From NCBI GenBank assembly GCA_947494155.1, contig CANLTW010000001.1, forward strand, positions 32,001 to 96,000: a stretch of 64,000 nucleotides of DNA, in the 5' to 3' direction. Positions within the stretch are counted from its first letter, which is position 1, and each line of letters begins with the position of its first letter. The stretch is from Chlamydiota bacterium (lineage in GTDB: Bacteria > Chlamydiota > Chlamydiia > Chlamydiales > RGXB01). Shown one piece after another: positions 19,650 through 28,990 of this stretch. The translations under genes were made by a program, and so were the position numbers. The notes under the pieces are model-generated. The model was not told where the DNA came from and did not search any database. It was given only the letters and a program-made list of their open reading frames with translations.

Positions 19650-20975
19650 ATGGCATGTGCAGCAATTTTATTGATAGGGGGGAAAAGCGAACGGTTTTTA
19701 GACCCGAAAACCCCTAAACAGTTCCATTTCCTAAGTGGAAAGCGGGTTTACGAATACTCTCTTGAAACTTTTTTGCAATCGGGGCACTTTTCCCAAATCC
19801 TTTTGGCTTGCCACAAAGATTGGATAGCGACTTTAGAAAAAGAACTTGAGGGTAAAAGTTCTATTATACGGTTAATTGAAGGGGGATCAACTCGACAGGA
19901 ATCGGTAAAAAAAAGTCTTTTGTTTCTCGACAAAACGATTCAAAACGTTCTAGTTCATGATGGTGCTCGCCCTTTTGTCTCTTTCAAAATAATCGAAGAT
20001 CTTTTAGGGGCATTAAAAACTTTTGAGGCAAGCGGCACCTACATCCCCTCTCAGGACACTATCGGCGTAACAGACACCCAAACGATTCTCCACATCCCTG
20101 ATCGGGCTACCATGCAGAGAGGTCAAACACCACAAAGTTTTCGTAAAGCGCTCCTAGTTCAAGCCCACAGACACGCAGAAAACAACGGTATCTTCCAGGC
20201 AACTTGCGATATTCAGCTCGCTTTACGTTTGGGCGCTAAAGTGAAACGGGTTGATGGGGATGAAACAAACATCAAAATAACCACCCCGATCGACCTCTAT
20301 CTCGCTGAACATATCCTCAGAAAAAAAACAGCTCCTCATATTGCAGACTTCGATTTTAGGGGAAAAAAAATCGCCCTTATCGGTGCCTCCGGAGGAATAG
20401 GACGACAAATCCACAAAGAGCTTCTGAAAGAGGGGGCCGAAGTGATCCCCCTTTCAAGAAATTCCACCCCATTTTCGCTCAATCTACTAAAAACTTCTTC
20501 CATCAAAAAAACCTCTAAAGACCTTTTTGATCACTATGGAGCACTAGATGGTTGTATCTTTTCAGCTGGCTGCCTCCACAAAGGGGCCATCGAGAAACTA
20601 GAGGAAAAGCAGGTAAACGAAATGGCTAGGGTCAATTTTTTGAGTCTAGTGCCCCTTTTACAACATTTGCGGCTCAAAAAGGAGGCCCTCTTTATTTTAA
20701 TCGGTTCCTCCTCCTACTTCAGAGGGCGAAAGGAGATCGGAGTCTACTCCGCCACAAAAGCAGCCAGCATCAATTTGTTACAAAGTCTATCAGAAGAGTG
20801 CCCTGAACTTAAAATTCAGATTATTTGCCCAAAAAGAACCGATACCCCAATGAGAAAGAGAAACTTCCCCTTTGAAGATCCCTCAACCTTGGCTGATCCA
20901 TGGGATGTAGCAAAATCTATTTTAGAAAAGATCAAAAAAAATAGTTGCAAAGGGGAAATTCTAAACCTGCTCTAA
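19650..20975 (+). CDS. IspD/TarI-type cytidylyltransferase fused to a short-chain dehydrogenase (Bcs1-like architecture)
   Basis: N-half: PKQF, GGSTRQES, VHDGARP, QTPQ, NIKITTPID; C-half SDR: GASGGIG, SSS, YSATK. Confidence 0.85.
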   Translation: MACAAILLIGGKSERFLDPKTPKQFHFLSGKRVYEYSLETFLQSGHFSQILLACHKDWIATLEKELEGKSSIIRLIEGGSTRQESVKKSLLFLDKTIQNVLVHDGARPFVSFKIIEDLLGALKTFEASGTYIPSQDTIGVTDTQTILHIPDRATMQRGQTPQSFRKALLVQAHRHAENNGIFQATCDIQLALRLGAKVKRVDGDETNIKITTPIDLYLAEHILRKKTAPHIADFDFRGKKIALIGASGGIGRQIHKELLKEGAEVIPLSRNSTPFSLNLLKTSSIKKTSKDLFDHYGALDGCIFSAGCLHKGAIEKLEEKQVNEMARVNFLSLVPLLQHLRLKKEALFILIGSSSYFRGRKEIGVYSATKAASINLLQSLSEECPELKIQIICPKRTDTPMRKRNFPFEDPSTLADPWDVAKSILEKIKKNSCKGEILNLL

Positions 20976-20982
20976 AAATAAA

Positions 20983-21007
20983 AAAACTCCTTGAGATAAG
21001 GAGTTTT
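20983..21007. terminator. Bidirectional rho-independent terminator
   Basis: AAAACTCCTT-GAGAT-AAGGAGTTTT between the convergent ispD-SDR gene and tRNA-Lys. Confidence 0.75.
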
Positions 21008-21030
21008 AGTATTGCACTTTTTTAAAAGTG

Positions 21031-21103
21031 TGAGACATGTTGGACTCGAACCAACGACCCTCTCATTAAAAGTGAGATGCTCTACCAACTGAGCTAATGT
21101 CTC
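21031..21103 (-). tRNA. tRNA-Lys (UUU)
   Basis: Reverse complement GAGACATTAGCTCAGTTGGTAGAGC...TCTCA-CT-TTT-AA-TGAGA...GGTTCGAGTCCAACATGTCTCA forms a cloverleaf. Confidence 0.97.
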
Positions 21104-21110
21104 GGTGTAT

Positions 21111-21183
21111 TGACCCTTCGGGGATTCGAACCCCGGTTGCAAGGATGAAAACCTTGTGTCCTAGGCCTCTAGACGAAAGGGCC
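21111..21183 (-). tRNA. tRNA-Glu (UUC)
   Basis: Reverse complement GGCCCTTTCGTCTAGAGGCCTAGGAC...CAAGG-TT-TTC-AT-CCTTG...GGTTCGAATCCCCGAAGGGTCA. Confidence 0.97.
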
Positions 21184-21236
21184 GCGCTAGTGATGGCACT
21201 AATATAGCAACACCAGCTATTTTTTCGCAAATATTT

Positions 21237-21773
21237 TCAAACTTCCTGCAGTTCTTTCTCTTTCTCAGCTAGGGCAGCGTCAATTTCTTTAATGGCCTGG
21301 TCGGTCATCTCCTGAGCTTTTTTCTCCCCTTTCTTTTGCATATCCTCTGTGATTTCACTTGTGGATTTTTGCTTTTTCAATAGGTCGTTCATCTCTTTGC
21401 GGTGCTGACGAATAGTGACTTTCGCCTCTTCCGCTTTTTTTGAAGCGAGTTTTAGCGTCTCTTGTCGTGTCTCTTTTGAGGGGGGAGAAAAATTCACTCT
21501 CACCTGCCCTTTTTCCATAATGACCTGCGCGTAGCTTGAGGAGTCCTCAATAGCCTTGGCAACCGCTTGGGTCATCGACGGATCGTAAAGAACAATCAAA
21601 ATTTGACGATCATGGCATGAAATTTGCCCACAGGATTTCAAAGGCTTCATAGCCCCCATCATATCCACTTTTACATGGTCTAATGCCTGGGCAGTAACAC
21701 GGCCCGAACGCAATTTTTTCAATTCCGTTTTGAAATGCTCGATTGTTTCGCTATTTTTCTTTTTTAGATCCAT
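21237..21773 (-). CDS. frr: Ribosome recycling factor
   Basis: 'LKKLRSGRV', 'AEEAKVTIRQHRK', 'EITEDMQKKGEK', downstream of pyrH. Confidence 0.95.
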   Translation of the reverse strand: MDLKKKNSETIEHFKTELKKLRSGRVTAQALDHVKVDMMGAMKPLKSCGQISCHDRQILIVLYDPSMTQAVAKAIEDSSSYAQVIMEKGQVRVNFSPPSKETRQETLKLASKKAEEAKVTIRQHRKEMNDLLKKQKSTSEITEDMQKKGEKKAQEMTDQAIKEIDAALAEKEKELQEV

Positions 21774-22434
21774 AAATATGTGTACCTAAATTTTCCTTTT
21801 TCAGAATTTGATCTAAGACATCGAAAGAAAAAACCCGGATAGGGATCGGATGCTCTCTCAATAGGGCAAAAGCGGTCTGATCCATCACCTTCAAGTCTTT
21901 TTCTATCGCCTCTTGGTAGGTCAATTGTGAAAGGCGTTGTGCATTCTGATCTTTTTTAGGATCTTTATCATACACACCATCCACATTGGAGGCTTTTAAA
22001 ATTTGGTCAGCTTTAAGATCAATTGCGTAGAAAGCTGCTGCAGAATCAGTGGAAAAATAGGGTAAACCGGTGCCATACGATAAGAAGGCAACACCGCCTC
22101 CTCTCATCCACGAATCCACCTCCGCTCTTTGATACACAAGATCCTGGGCTATAGGTTTCGCTGTGAAAACTCTACCCATTCCTTTTAAATAACTGCTGAC
22201 AATTTTGGCATTCATCACCGTTGCCAACATCCCCACCTCATCAGCGACACCCCTTAAAATCGAAGAGCCGGCCTCTCTTCCTCTGTACAGATTTCCTGCA
22301 CCGAGAACGACAGCCAGCTCTGCATGCTTTGAAAGCTCGATTAGAGTATCTGCTAAAGAGGCGGCCTTCCCCTCTGAGATCATCGGAGAAAGGATTTCCC
22401 CGGAGATCTTTAGGACAAAGCGCCTTTTTTGCAT
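21751..22434 (-). CDS. pyrH: Uridylate kinase
   Basis: 'VLKISGE', 'GAGNLYRG', 'GMLATVMNA', 'GTGLPYFSTDSAA', 'DGVYDKDP'. Confidence 0.96.
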   Translation of the reverse strand: MQKRRFVLKISGEILSPMISEGKAASLADTLIELSKHAELAVVLGAGNLYRGREAGSSILRGVADEVGMLATVMNAKIVSSYLKGMGRVFTAKPIAQDLVYQRAEVDSWMRGGGVAFLSYGTGLPYFSTDSAAAFYAIDLKADQILKASNVDGVYDKDPKKDQNAQRLSQLTYQEAIEKDLKVMDQTAFALLREHPIPIRVFSFDVLDQILKKENLGTHIYGSKKEK

Positions 22435-22438
22435 GCGA

Positions 22439-23263
22439 TTACACCCCAACTTGTAGTCGAACGTAGGAGGAGATGATGGTTAAATCACCAGCTCCAAGCT
22501 CCTTCCCTTTTTTACGCACATACTCTTCAATTGTCAAGGATTCATCTTTGATGAATTTTTGCTTGTTCAAACAAACTTCAGCAAAGTAGGTGTTTTTCTT
22601 CCCTTCAATGATTTTTTGTACGACGTTTTCAGGTTTGCCATGAATTTGCGCACGAGCAATCTCTTCCTCTTTTGAGAGGATTTCGCTTGGAACATCCGCT
22701 GGAGAGAGATAATGAGGATGGGCAGCTGCACAGTGCATCGCAATCTCTTTTGCGACGTCAACCATGTGGTGCCCTTTGATATCGACTACACAAACGATCT
22801 TTCCATCGCCGTGCACGTAGATCCCGTAAGAATGCCCCTCTTTTTTCTCGATAAGCGTGTAACGGTTGATGACGATATTTTCCCCGATTTTTCCAACTAA
22901 AGCTGCTCGCCTCTCTTCCGTGTGTTCGCGGAGAGCCTCAAGAGTTTTAGGATGGTTGTGCAAAGCATGCTCTGTAACCGACTGGGCAAAATCCCTGTAA
23001 TCGTCATTACGCACGACGAAATCGGTCTCACAATTCACCTCTACTACAGCTATACGGTGTGAGTCATCACAAACACGAATCACTCCCTCTTTAGCTTCTC
23101 GAGAGGCTTTTTTAGCCGCTTGAGCTAATCCCCTCTTACGAAGATGTTCCAGCGCAAGATCAAAATCTCCGCCAGCCTCATCAAGAGCCTTTTTGCAATC
23201 TTGCATTCCGACTCCACTCACCTCACGTAAGCGAACAACATCTTTTGCAGAAACTACGCTCAT
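22439..23263 (-). CDS. tsf: Elongation factor Ts
   Basis: 'LREVSGVGMQDCKKAL', 'EVNCETDFV', 'IAMHCAA'. Confidence 0.98.
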   Translation of the reverse strand: MSVVSAKDVVRLREVSGVGMQDCKKALDEAGGDFDLALEHLRKRGLAQAAKKASREAKEGVIRVCDDSHRIAVVEVNCETDFVVRNDDYRDFAQSVTEHALHNHPKTLEALREHTEERRAALVGKIGENIVINRYTLIEKKEGHSYGIYVHGDGKIVCVVDIKGHHMVDVAKEIAMHCAAAHPHYLSPADVPSEILSKEEEIARAQIHGKPENVVQKIIEGKKNTYFAEVCLNKQKFIKDESLTIEEYVRKKGKELGAGDLTIISSYVRLQVGV

Positions 23264-24072
23264 TTTGCTACCTCAGCTACTGCCTCTTTACGAGGACGAC
23301 GTGGTCTATCAGATTTTTTAGGCTCTCGCTCTTTCTCTTCTTTCTCTGCTCTTTCAGAAGATGCCTCTTCACGCTGTTGCACAGAGAACTCGTCTTTAGC
23401 GGCTTTGATCGCATTCGAGAGTGCACCAAGGATCACTTTTACGCTTTTTTGCGCGTCGTCATTGGCCGGGATCACGTAGTCGATCAACGAAGGATCGCAG
23501 TTTGTATCTACAATCGCCATCACCGGAATGTTCAATTTTTTCGCTTCTAAAACGGCGATATCCTCTTTGCTTGGATCTACTACGATCATAAGCCCCGGAG
23601 CGCGGCGCATGCCACGAATACCTGAGAGGTTACGGCTCAGTTTAATCTGGTCTTTTCCGAGAAGAAGACGCTCTTTTTTCGTGTATTCGTTGTTCTCAGA
23701 AGAGAGTTTTTTTTCCAAATTCTCGAGCTTTTTCACCGATTTGCGGATAGTGGCAAGGTTTGTCAACATACCACCCAACCAACGCTCGGCAACATAAAAC
23801 TCGTGGCAAGATTCCGCAGTCTCTTTAACTACGTCTTTTGCCTGTTTTTTGGTCCCAACGAAAAGGACGCTTTTGTGTTTGGAAACGATCGAAACGGCCG
23901 CTTCAATCGCCTTTTTGAGTTGGTGTACAGTTTTAGAAAGGTCGATAATGTGGATGCCGTTCTCTTCAGAGAAGATAAAACGTTTCATTTTTGGATTCCA
24001 ACGACGCGTTTGGTGACCGAAGTGTGCACCCGCCTCGATGAGCTCCTGGACAGTTGGCTCTTTGTGGCTCAA
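23260..24072 (-). CDS. rpsB: 30S ribosomal protein S2
   Basis: 'AGAHFGHQTRRWNPKM', 'RWLGGMLTN', 'DTNCDP', 'IPANDDA'; TTG start after GGAG. Confidence 0.98.
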   Translation of the reverse strand: MSHKEPTVQELIEAGAHFGHQTRRWNPKMKRFIFSEENGIHIIDLSKTVHQLKKAIEAAVSIVSKHKSVLFVGTKKQAKDVVKETAESCHEFYVAERWLGGMLTNLATIRKSVKKLENLEKKLSSENNEYTKKERLLLGKDQIKLSRNLSGIRGMRRAPGLMIVVDPSKEDIAVLEAKKLNIPVMAIVDTNCDPSLIDYVIPANDDAQKSVKVILGALSNAIKAAKDEFSVQQREEASSERAEKEEKEREPKKSDRPRRPRKEAVAEVAK

Positions 24073-24081
24073 AATAACTCC

Positions 24082-24135
24082 TTAGCATTCCCCTCTCCAG
24101 GTGCCTTCCTGGGCGATCAGGTTCGTTTATGCCAA
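24082..24135 (-). promoter_or_regulatory. Structured rpsB 5' leader (candidate S2 autogenous control element)
   Basis: Minus strand TTGGCAT...ATGCTAA closing stem enclosing a CCAGG/CCTGG hairpin, directly before the SD; role inferred from known rpsB leaders. Confidence 0.45.
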
Positions 24136-24255
24136 AGTCACATCAAAAATTGTTTTTACTTTAGGAGAATTCTATCGCTTGTAAAAACGATGGACCGGCC
24201 GGCTGGGTCGAGGATAGCAGATTTTTTTGTTTTATCAAAGGGAAAAAGAAGTAAA

Positions 24256-24326
24256 AGCGCCCAGTCGGAATCGAACCGACACTAACAGCTTGGAAGGCTG
24301 TAGTTCTACCTTTAAACTATGAGCGC
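24256..24326 (-). tRNA. tRNA-Gly (UCC)
   Basis: Reverse complement GCGCTCATAGTTTAAAGGTAGAAC...ACAGC-CT-TCC-AA-GCTGT...GGTTCGATTCCGACTGGGCGCT. Confidence 0.96.
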
Positions 24327-24527
24327 CCAAAGTATTCCTAAAGTATTCCAGATCAGACCATTTTTTGAAAAGTGAAAAAGCACGGGGAGTGTTTCAAAAA
24401 ATAAATAAGTATTTTGAGCTGTTATCTGCTCAAGCTTCCATTCAAGCTTCAATTATGGGGCTGCTCCTGCCACAACTTTTTAGCGAAACTCTTTCCAAAA
24501 AAACTTTTTTTTAAGAGACTATCTAGA

Positions 24528-27500
24528 ATGCGTGGCCCTTCCACAAATCAACCCCTGATTGCCCTCTTTCTTTTCGGTTCTATCTTTCTCCTCTCTTTTG
24601 GCCGAATCGGCTATCTTACCCTTTTTCTTCATGACAACTATTTGGAACAGTCCAAAAGCCCAAGAGAATTATCCATTCACGTAGAACCCGATCGGGGCAC
24701 TATTCGGGATCGCTATAACCGCCCCCTTGTAATCAATCGCATCGCCTACGATGTCGGAGTCACCTTTGATAAAATCGCCCTCATCCCCCGGATGAAAATA
24801 AAAAATGGGCAAAAAACGTTTCCAAGAAAAGAATATGTTGAGCAACTTTCGTCTTTTTTAGCACGAACGCTAGAGATAGATCGGCAAGGGGTTGAGGATC
24901 TGATTTTTTCCAAATCGGCCCTTTTTCCCAATACATTTTTCCCCCTAAAGCAAGATGTGAAAGAAGAGACTTTTTATCTGCTGAAAATGGAGGAGAGGAA
25001 CTGGCCCGGGCTGGATGTTAAACACCGTTCCAAGCGACAGTACCCCCAAGGTGCCGTGGGGCTGCATATCCTGGGTTCTATAGGTCCCATCCAAAGTGCG
25101 CAAATGGCAGCCATTCAACACGAAATGCATAGTCTTAAATCTTTCTTCCAGATGAGGGGGGAAAAAATCGCCGTTCCATTGCCTTATGGGTTTATCTCTT
25201 TGCAAAAAGCACAAGAGCGCTACTTGGAGTTGCAAAAATTGCACTACCGGCTGAACTCCTACATGGGGCGAGGCGGGGTGGAGGAGATTTACGACAACCA
25301 TTTGCGGGGCTATCCGGGAAAGGAGCGCTTTGAAGTCGACGTTAAAGGTCGCTTCATACGAAAGCTCCCCGAGTCGGTAGATGCTCTGCCGGGGAAACGG
25401 CTTTTGCTTACCATCGATTTAGAGTTGCAAAAACATGCCGAGGAGCTTTTGATTCGGAACGAAAAAGAGCGTGACGAAGAATTCAAATACTTGAGCATCG
25501 ATCATAGTAAAATAGCCTCTCCGTTTATCAAGGGGGGTGCAATTGTTGCTATCGATCCGAAATCTTCGGAAGTTTTAGCTCTCGCTTCCTACCCAAGAAT
25601 GCACCCCGAAATGGATCCAAAGATGTGGCTCGAATCGAGCGATCACATCCTCGAGATTTTTGATGGGGAAAAACCTTTGTTGAAAGAGAGGCAAGACCCA
25701 AAGACCAAAGAGTGCTTTTTCTCCTCCACATATTTGACGTATGAGATGTTTTTAGATCAGGTTCTTTCCACCGACTGTCAAGTAAGAAAATCTCTTACCA
25801 AGCTCCACACTGTGGGAAAAACGCTCTTTTTGCAACAGGCTATTAGCTCTTTGTTACACCACTTTCAGCAGCAATCGATCCAAGTGCTTCTCGACGGTCT
25901 TTACGGAAATGAACCGAAAGAGATCCAGTTTGTCGTCCCCCCCGATCTTCTCCAAGAAAAGGAGTTTCTCGACCCCCTGTTTTCTAAAATTCGTCATCCA
26001 AAAGACCGTTTGCTGCTCTATAATCTATGCCATCTATTTGCCCCTTTGGAAAACTTTAGTGACGCTTTGAAGATCGCTTTAAGCGATGAACCCATCGACC
26101 ATTTTGTCGCATTATGTCAACAAATCCGCAGGCTGGAAAAAGAGGTCATTCGACAAAGTCGTACCCTTTTCAAAACCACCTACATGCCTATTTTTAGAAA
26201 AAACTATTTCTCCTCTTATTTAGCGCAGGTGAGAAAAAAGGGGGGGAAACTCCCCTATTTGGATTATCTCAAACCTAAAGAGGAGGAATTTTTTCAAACC
26301 TTTTATGAAAAAAATCGCTCTATTTTGATCTCTTCTGCGCTCTTAGGAGCCAATATAGCCCCTCTTTATGACCCCAAGTTTTATCTGTGCAAGGAATTGG
26401 CAAAAATCCCTTCGGTTCCACAGATTCAACGCCGACTCCAGGATTTTCCAGCCCACCTTATTCAAAGTCTGATTCACGTCGTGCGTACAAGCAAAATGCT
26501 GGACGGATACGAAAAACAGCTGGCTCAGGCATTTTATCCCAAACACGGTTTTGGATTTTGCCGCTCTTTTGCCTACCAGGAGTCAGCCCCTTTGGGCTCA
26601 ATTTTTAAAATTGTTTCGGGCTATGCCGGGCTCAAAAGGCATTTGGAAAAAGAGTTAGACTTCACTAAACCCTTTGATCCAAATCCTCTCACTATTCGAG
26701 ACGAAGGGCCAAAAGGGGACCCAGCAGATCCAAAAAATATTTTGGGATATCTTCCAGACGGCACTCCCATCACCCGAAATTTTCGCGGAGGTAGACTCCC
26801 CAGAAGCGACCACTCTATCGGTAAATGTGATTTGGAACGTGCAATCGAACAATCCTCAAACATCTATTTCTCCCTGCTGGCTGAGGGGGCTCACGAAGAA
26901 CTTTTACAAACCTCAAAAGCGATGGGTCTGGGGAGCCGTACAGGAATAGATTTACCCATGGAAATTGGGGGAACTTTACCGTTCGACTTAAGCTACAATA
27001 AAACCGGCCTATATGCTTTTGCCATAGGCCAACACCTATTAACCGTCACCCCTTTGCAAGTCGCCAATCTTCTGGGAGCACTTGTAACTGAAGGGCAGGT
27101 AAAAAAACCCCATGTTGCCAAAGCTCTTTTAGGGGCCTACACCCCAAAACAAACCAATAGCCAACGTTTCAAGCAATACTTTGCCCCCTTTCATATTGAA
27201 CCCGGTATTTTTTCAGAGACTTTGAACCAATCGCTTCAACCGTTTGTCCTCCCGTTCGACCCGGTGACGTTGCAAGCGTTTGCTTTTCCGCGTGAGCTTT
27301 CCAGACCGCTTTTGAAGGGTCTACACAAAGTGCTCAACGGAGAGAGAGGGGGCGCAAGGCCTGAGGCCATTCGCACCTATTTTAAACATCCTGAGCTTAA
27401 AAAAGATTATCTGAAGCTTCGTGCCAACATGATTGGAAAAACAGCTACAGCCCAGATTAGTTACCGCCCTTTTCTAGATAAAGAGGGGGAATCGGCTCTT

Positions 27501-27683
27501 GTGAAACACACCTGGTTTGCCTTGGCGCACTATGAGGAAAACTCCCCGATGTTTGAAAATCCGGACCTCGTGGTTGTGGTGTACTTACGTTTTGGCGATT
27601 ATGGAAAAGAGGCGCTCCCCTTAGCTGTAGAGATGACAAAAAAGTTTTTGGAGATACAGCAAAAACAGAAGAGTATTTCCTAA
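24528..27683 (+). CDS. pbp2: Large chlamydial-type penicillin-binding protein 2 (class B transpeptidase with long insertion)
   Basis: N-terminal TM, 'RGTIRDR', 'LTIDLELQ', 'VLALASYP', SxxK (GSIFK), SxN (SSN), KTA in the KTG position; over 1000 aa. Confidence 0.92.
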   Translation: MRGPSTNQPLIALFLFGSIFLLSFGRIGYLTLFLHDNYLEQSKSPRELSIHVEPDRGTIRDRYNRPLVINRIAYDVGVTFDKIALIPRMKIKNGQKTFPRKEYVEQLSSFLARTLEIDRQGVEDLIFSKSALFPNTFFPLKQDVKEETFYLLKMEERNWPGLDVKHRSKRQYPQGAVGLHILGSIGPIQSAQMAAIQHEMHSLKSFFQMRGEKIAVPLPYGFISLQKAQERYLELQKLHYRLNSYMGRGGVEEIYDNHLRGYPGKERFEVDVKGRFIRKLPESVDALPGKRLLLTIDLELQKHAEELLIRNEKERDEEFKYLSIDHSKIASPFIKGGAIVAIDPKSSEVLALASYPRMHPEMDPKMWLESSDHILEIFDGEKPLLKERQDPKTKECFFSSTYLTYEMFLDQVLSTDCQVRKSLTKLHTVGKTLFLQQAISSLLHHFQQQSIQVLLDGLYGNEPKEIQFVVPPDLLQEKEFLDPLFSKIRHPKDRLLLYNLCHLFAPLENFSDALKIALSDEPIDHFVALCQQIRRLEKEVIRQSRTLFKTTYMPIFRKNYFSSYLAQVRKKGGKLPYLDYLKPKEEEFFQTFYEKNRSILISSALLGANIAPLYDPKFYLCKELAKIPSVPQIQRRLQDFPAHLIQSLIHVVRTSKMLDGYEKQLAQAFYPKHGFGFCRSFAYQESAPLGSIFKIVSGYAGLKRHLEKELDFTKPFDPNPLTIRDEGPKGDPADPKNILGYLPDGTPITRNFRGGRLPRSDHSIGKCDLERAIEQSSNIYFSLLAEGAHEELLQTSKAMGLGSRTGIDLPMEIGGTLPFDLSYNKTGLYAFAIGQHLLTVTPLQVANLLGALVTEGQVKKPHVAKALLGAYTPKQTNSQRFKQYFAPFHIEPGIFSETLNQSLQPFVLPFDPVTLQAFAFPRELSRPLLKGLHKVLNGERGGARPEAIRTYFKHPELKKDYLKLRANMIGKTATAQISYRPFLDKEGESALVKHTWFALAHYEENSPMFENPDLVVVVYLRFGDYGKEALPLAVEMTKKFLEIQQKQKSIS

Positions 27684-28990
27684 ATTTTTTCGATTATTTC
27701 TGTTGCTACAGGAAATTCCTGTGGGCAGGCATGAACAGCTTTGAGAAGTCTTTTAGCTGCTAAGACTGCCGACTCCATGTAATTATTTGTACGGGCTAAA
27801 TAGGCAGCCATAATCCCCCCGAGGACATCTCCTGCTCCAGCTGTGGCCAGCTTGGGTTCAGCCTCCAAAATAACGTAGGGTTTGGCCTCTTTGGGGTCAA
27901 AAATCCATGTAGGGGCTCCCTTTTCAAAAAGGACGAAATCCTCTTTTCTGGAGTTGCGTAAAAAACGCATTTCCCCCCCATTCGGAGTTACGATTGCGAA
28001 AGGCTTTTTCAGACGGTGGACATAAATGCCAATCGCTGCGGCATCTACAATCAGGGGCTTTGGGTGATCACAAAGGTAATCAAACACCTCATTTACAAAC
28101 TCTTTTTTTTCCTCACTGAGTCCCGGCCCAATCACGATCGCATCCAGCTTCGGTGCCCATAGGCGAAAATCTTCTATAGTTTGCTTAGAAAAAACGGCCT
28201 CCACGATGGGGAGTTGAAAATCATCATCGCAAAAAAGCCGCACCATCCCCGCCCCGGCTCTATGTGCCGCTTTGGCGCACATGTAGGCTGCCCCCTCCAT
28301 TCCGATAGAGCCGGCGATGACACCAACATAGCCTCTGTCATATTTATGGACGACCTTTGGCATTTCGGGCTCAACAAGAGCTGAGAGGTTGACAACCCTA
28401 CAAAGCTCCTCCATCTTTTCCATGTAGCCTTTTCCCAGCCCGAAATCGACCAACTCGATCGTTTTATAGGACTGATACCCTGCTCCTACCATGTGGCCCA
28501 GCTTGTAAGTCCCTATCGCAATGCAATGAGTGGCTTGTATGTGGAAAACACTCACATAGCCTGTGTTGGCATAGACTCCTGAAGGGATATCTACCGAAAG
28601 TATCGGCAAACCGCTCCCATTTGCGATTAATACCTGCTGGGCTTCATCACCCAAAATCTCCCCGTGAAAACCGATACCGTACAGCGCATCCAAAAGGATT
28701 CCGCCACGCTTAAGGTGACTTAATCCCTCAAAGGTTTCATAACCCAACTTCTTCAGTGTTTGCATCGCTGCAATTCCGTCTTTTCCATTATTCCCTTTTC
28801 CGATCAGGCAATGGACTATAGGAGGGTGCCGGTGCTTTTTGGCGTAGCGATCCACAGCAAAAGCAACCTGTTCTCCAGCTTTTTGATTCATGAGCCGAGC
28901 TTCATGCCCGTTTGCCAAAGCTAGCTCTTCGATACGCCTCTCCTCTTCTGAGGAGACCACTTTATGATAAGGGATTTCGTAGGGGTTCAA
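27680..28990 (-). CDS. nnr: Bifunctional NAD(P)HX epimerase/dehydratase (NnrE-NnrD, YjeF)
   Basis: GKGNNGKDG, DALYGIG, SVDIPSG, 'HKYDRG', GPGL, ATAGAGDVLGG. Confidence 0.93.
   Translation of the reverse strand: MNPYEIPYHKVVSSEEERRIEELALANGHEARLMNQKAGEQVAFAVDRYAKKHRHPPIVHCLIGKGNNGKDGIAAMQTLKKLGYETFEGLSHLKRGGILLDALYGIGFHGEILGDEAQQVLIANGSGLPILSVDIPSGVYANTGYVSVFHIQATHCIAIGTYKLGHMVGAGYQSYKTIELVDFGLGKGYMEKMEELCRVVNLSALVEPEMPKVVHKYDRGYVGVIAGSIGMEGAAYMCAKAAHRAGAGMVRLFCDDDFQLPIVEAVFSKQTIEDFRLWAPKLDAIVIGPGLSEEKKEFVNEVFDYLCDHPKPLIVDAAAIGIYVHRLKKPFAIVTPNGGEMRFLRNSRKEDFVLFEKGAPTWIFDPKEAKPYVILEAEPKLATAGAGDVLGGIMAAYLARTNNYMESAVLAAKRLLKAVHACPQEFPVATEIIEKI

Noticed and set aside
20976..21236. tRNA-adjacent integrative element
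   Set aside because: No integrase and no duplicated tRNA 3' end seen in the window
23803..24285. 160-aa plus-strand ORF
   Set aside because: Antisense to rpsB, its leader and tRNA-Gly
24329..24349. AAAGTATTCC tandem duplication upstream of tRNA-Gly
   Set aside because: Two short copies only; no evidence of function or of an att site
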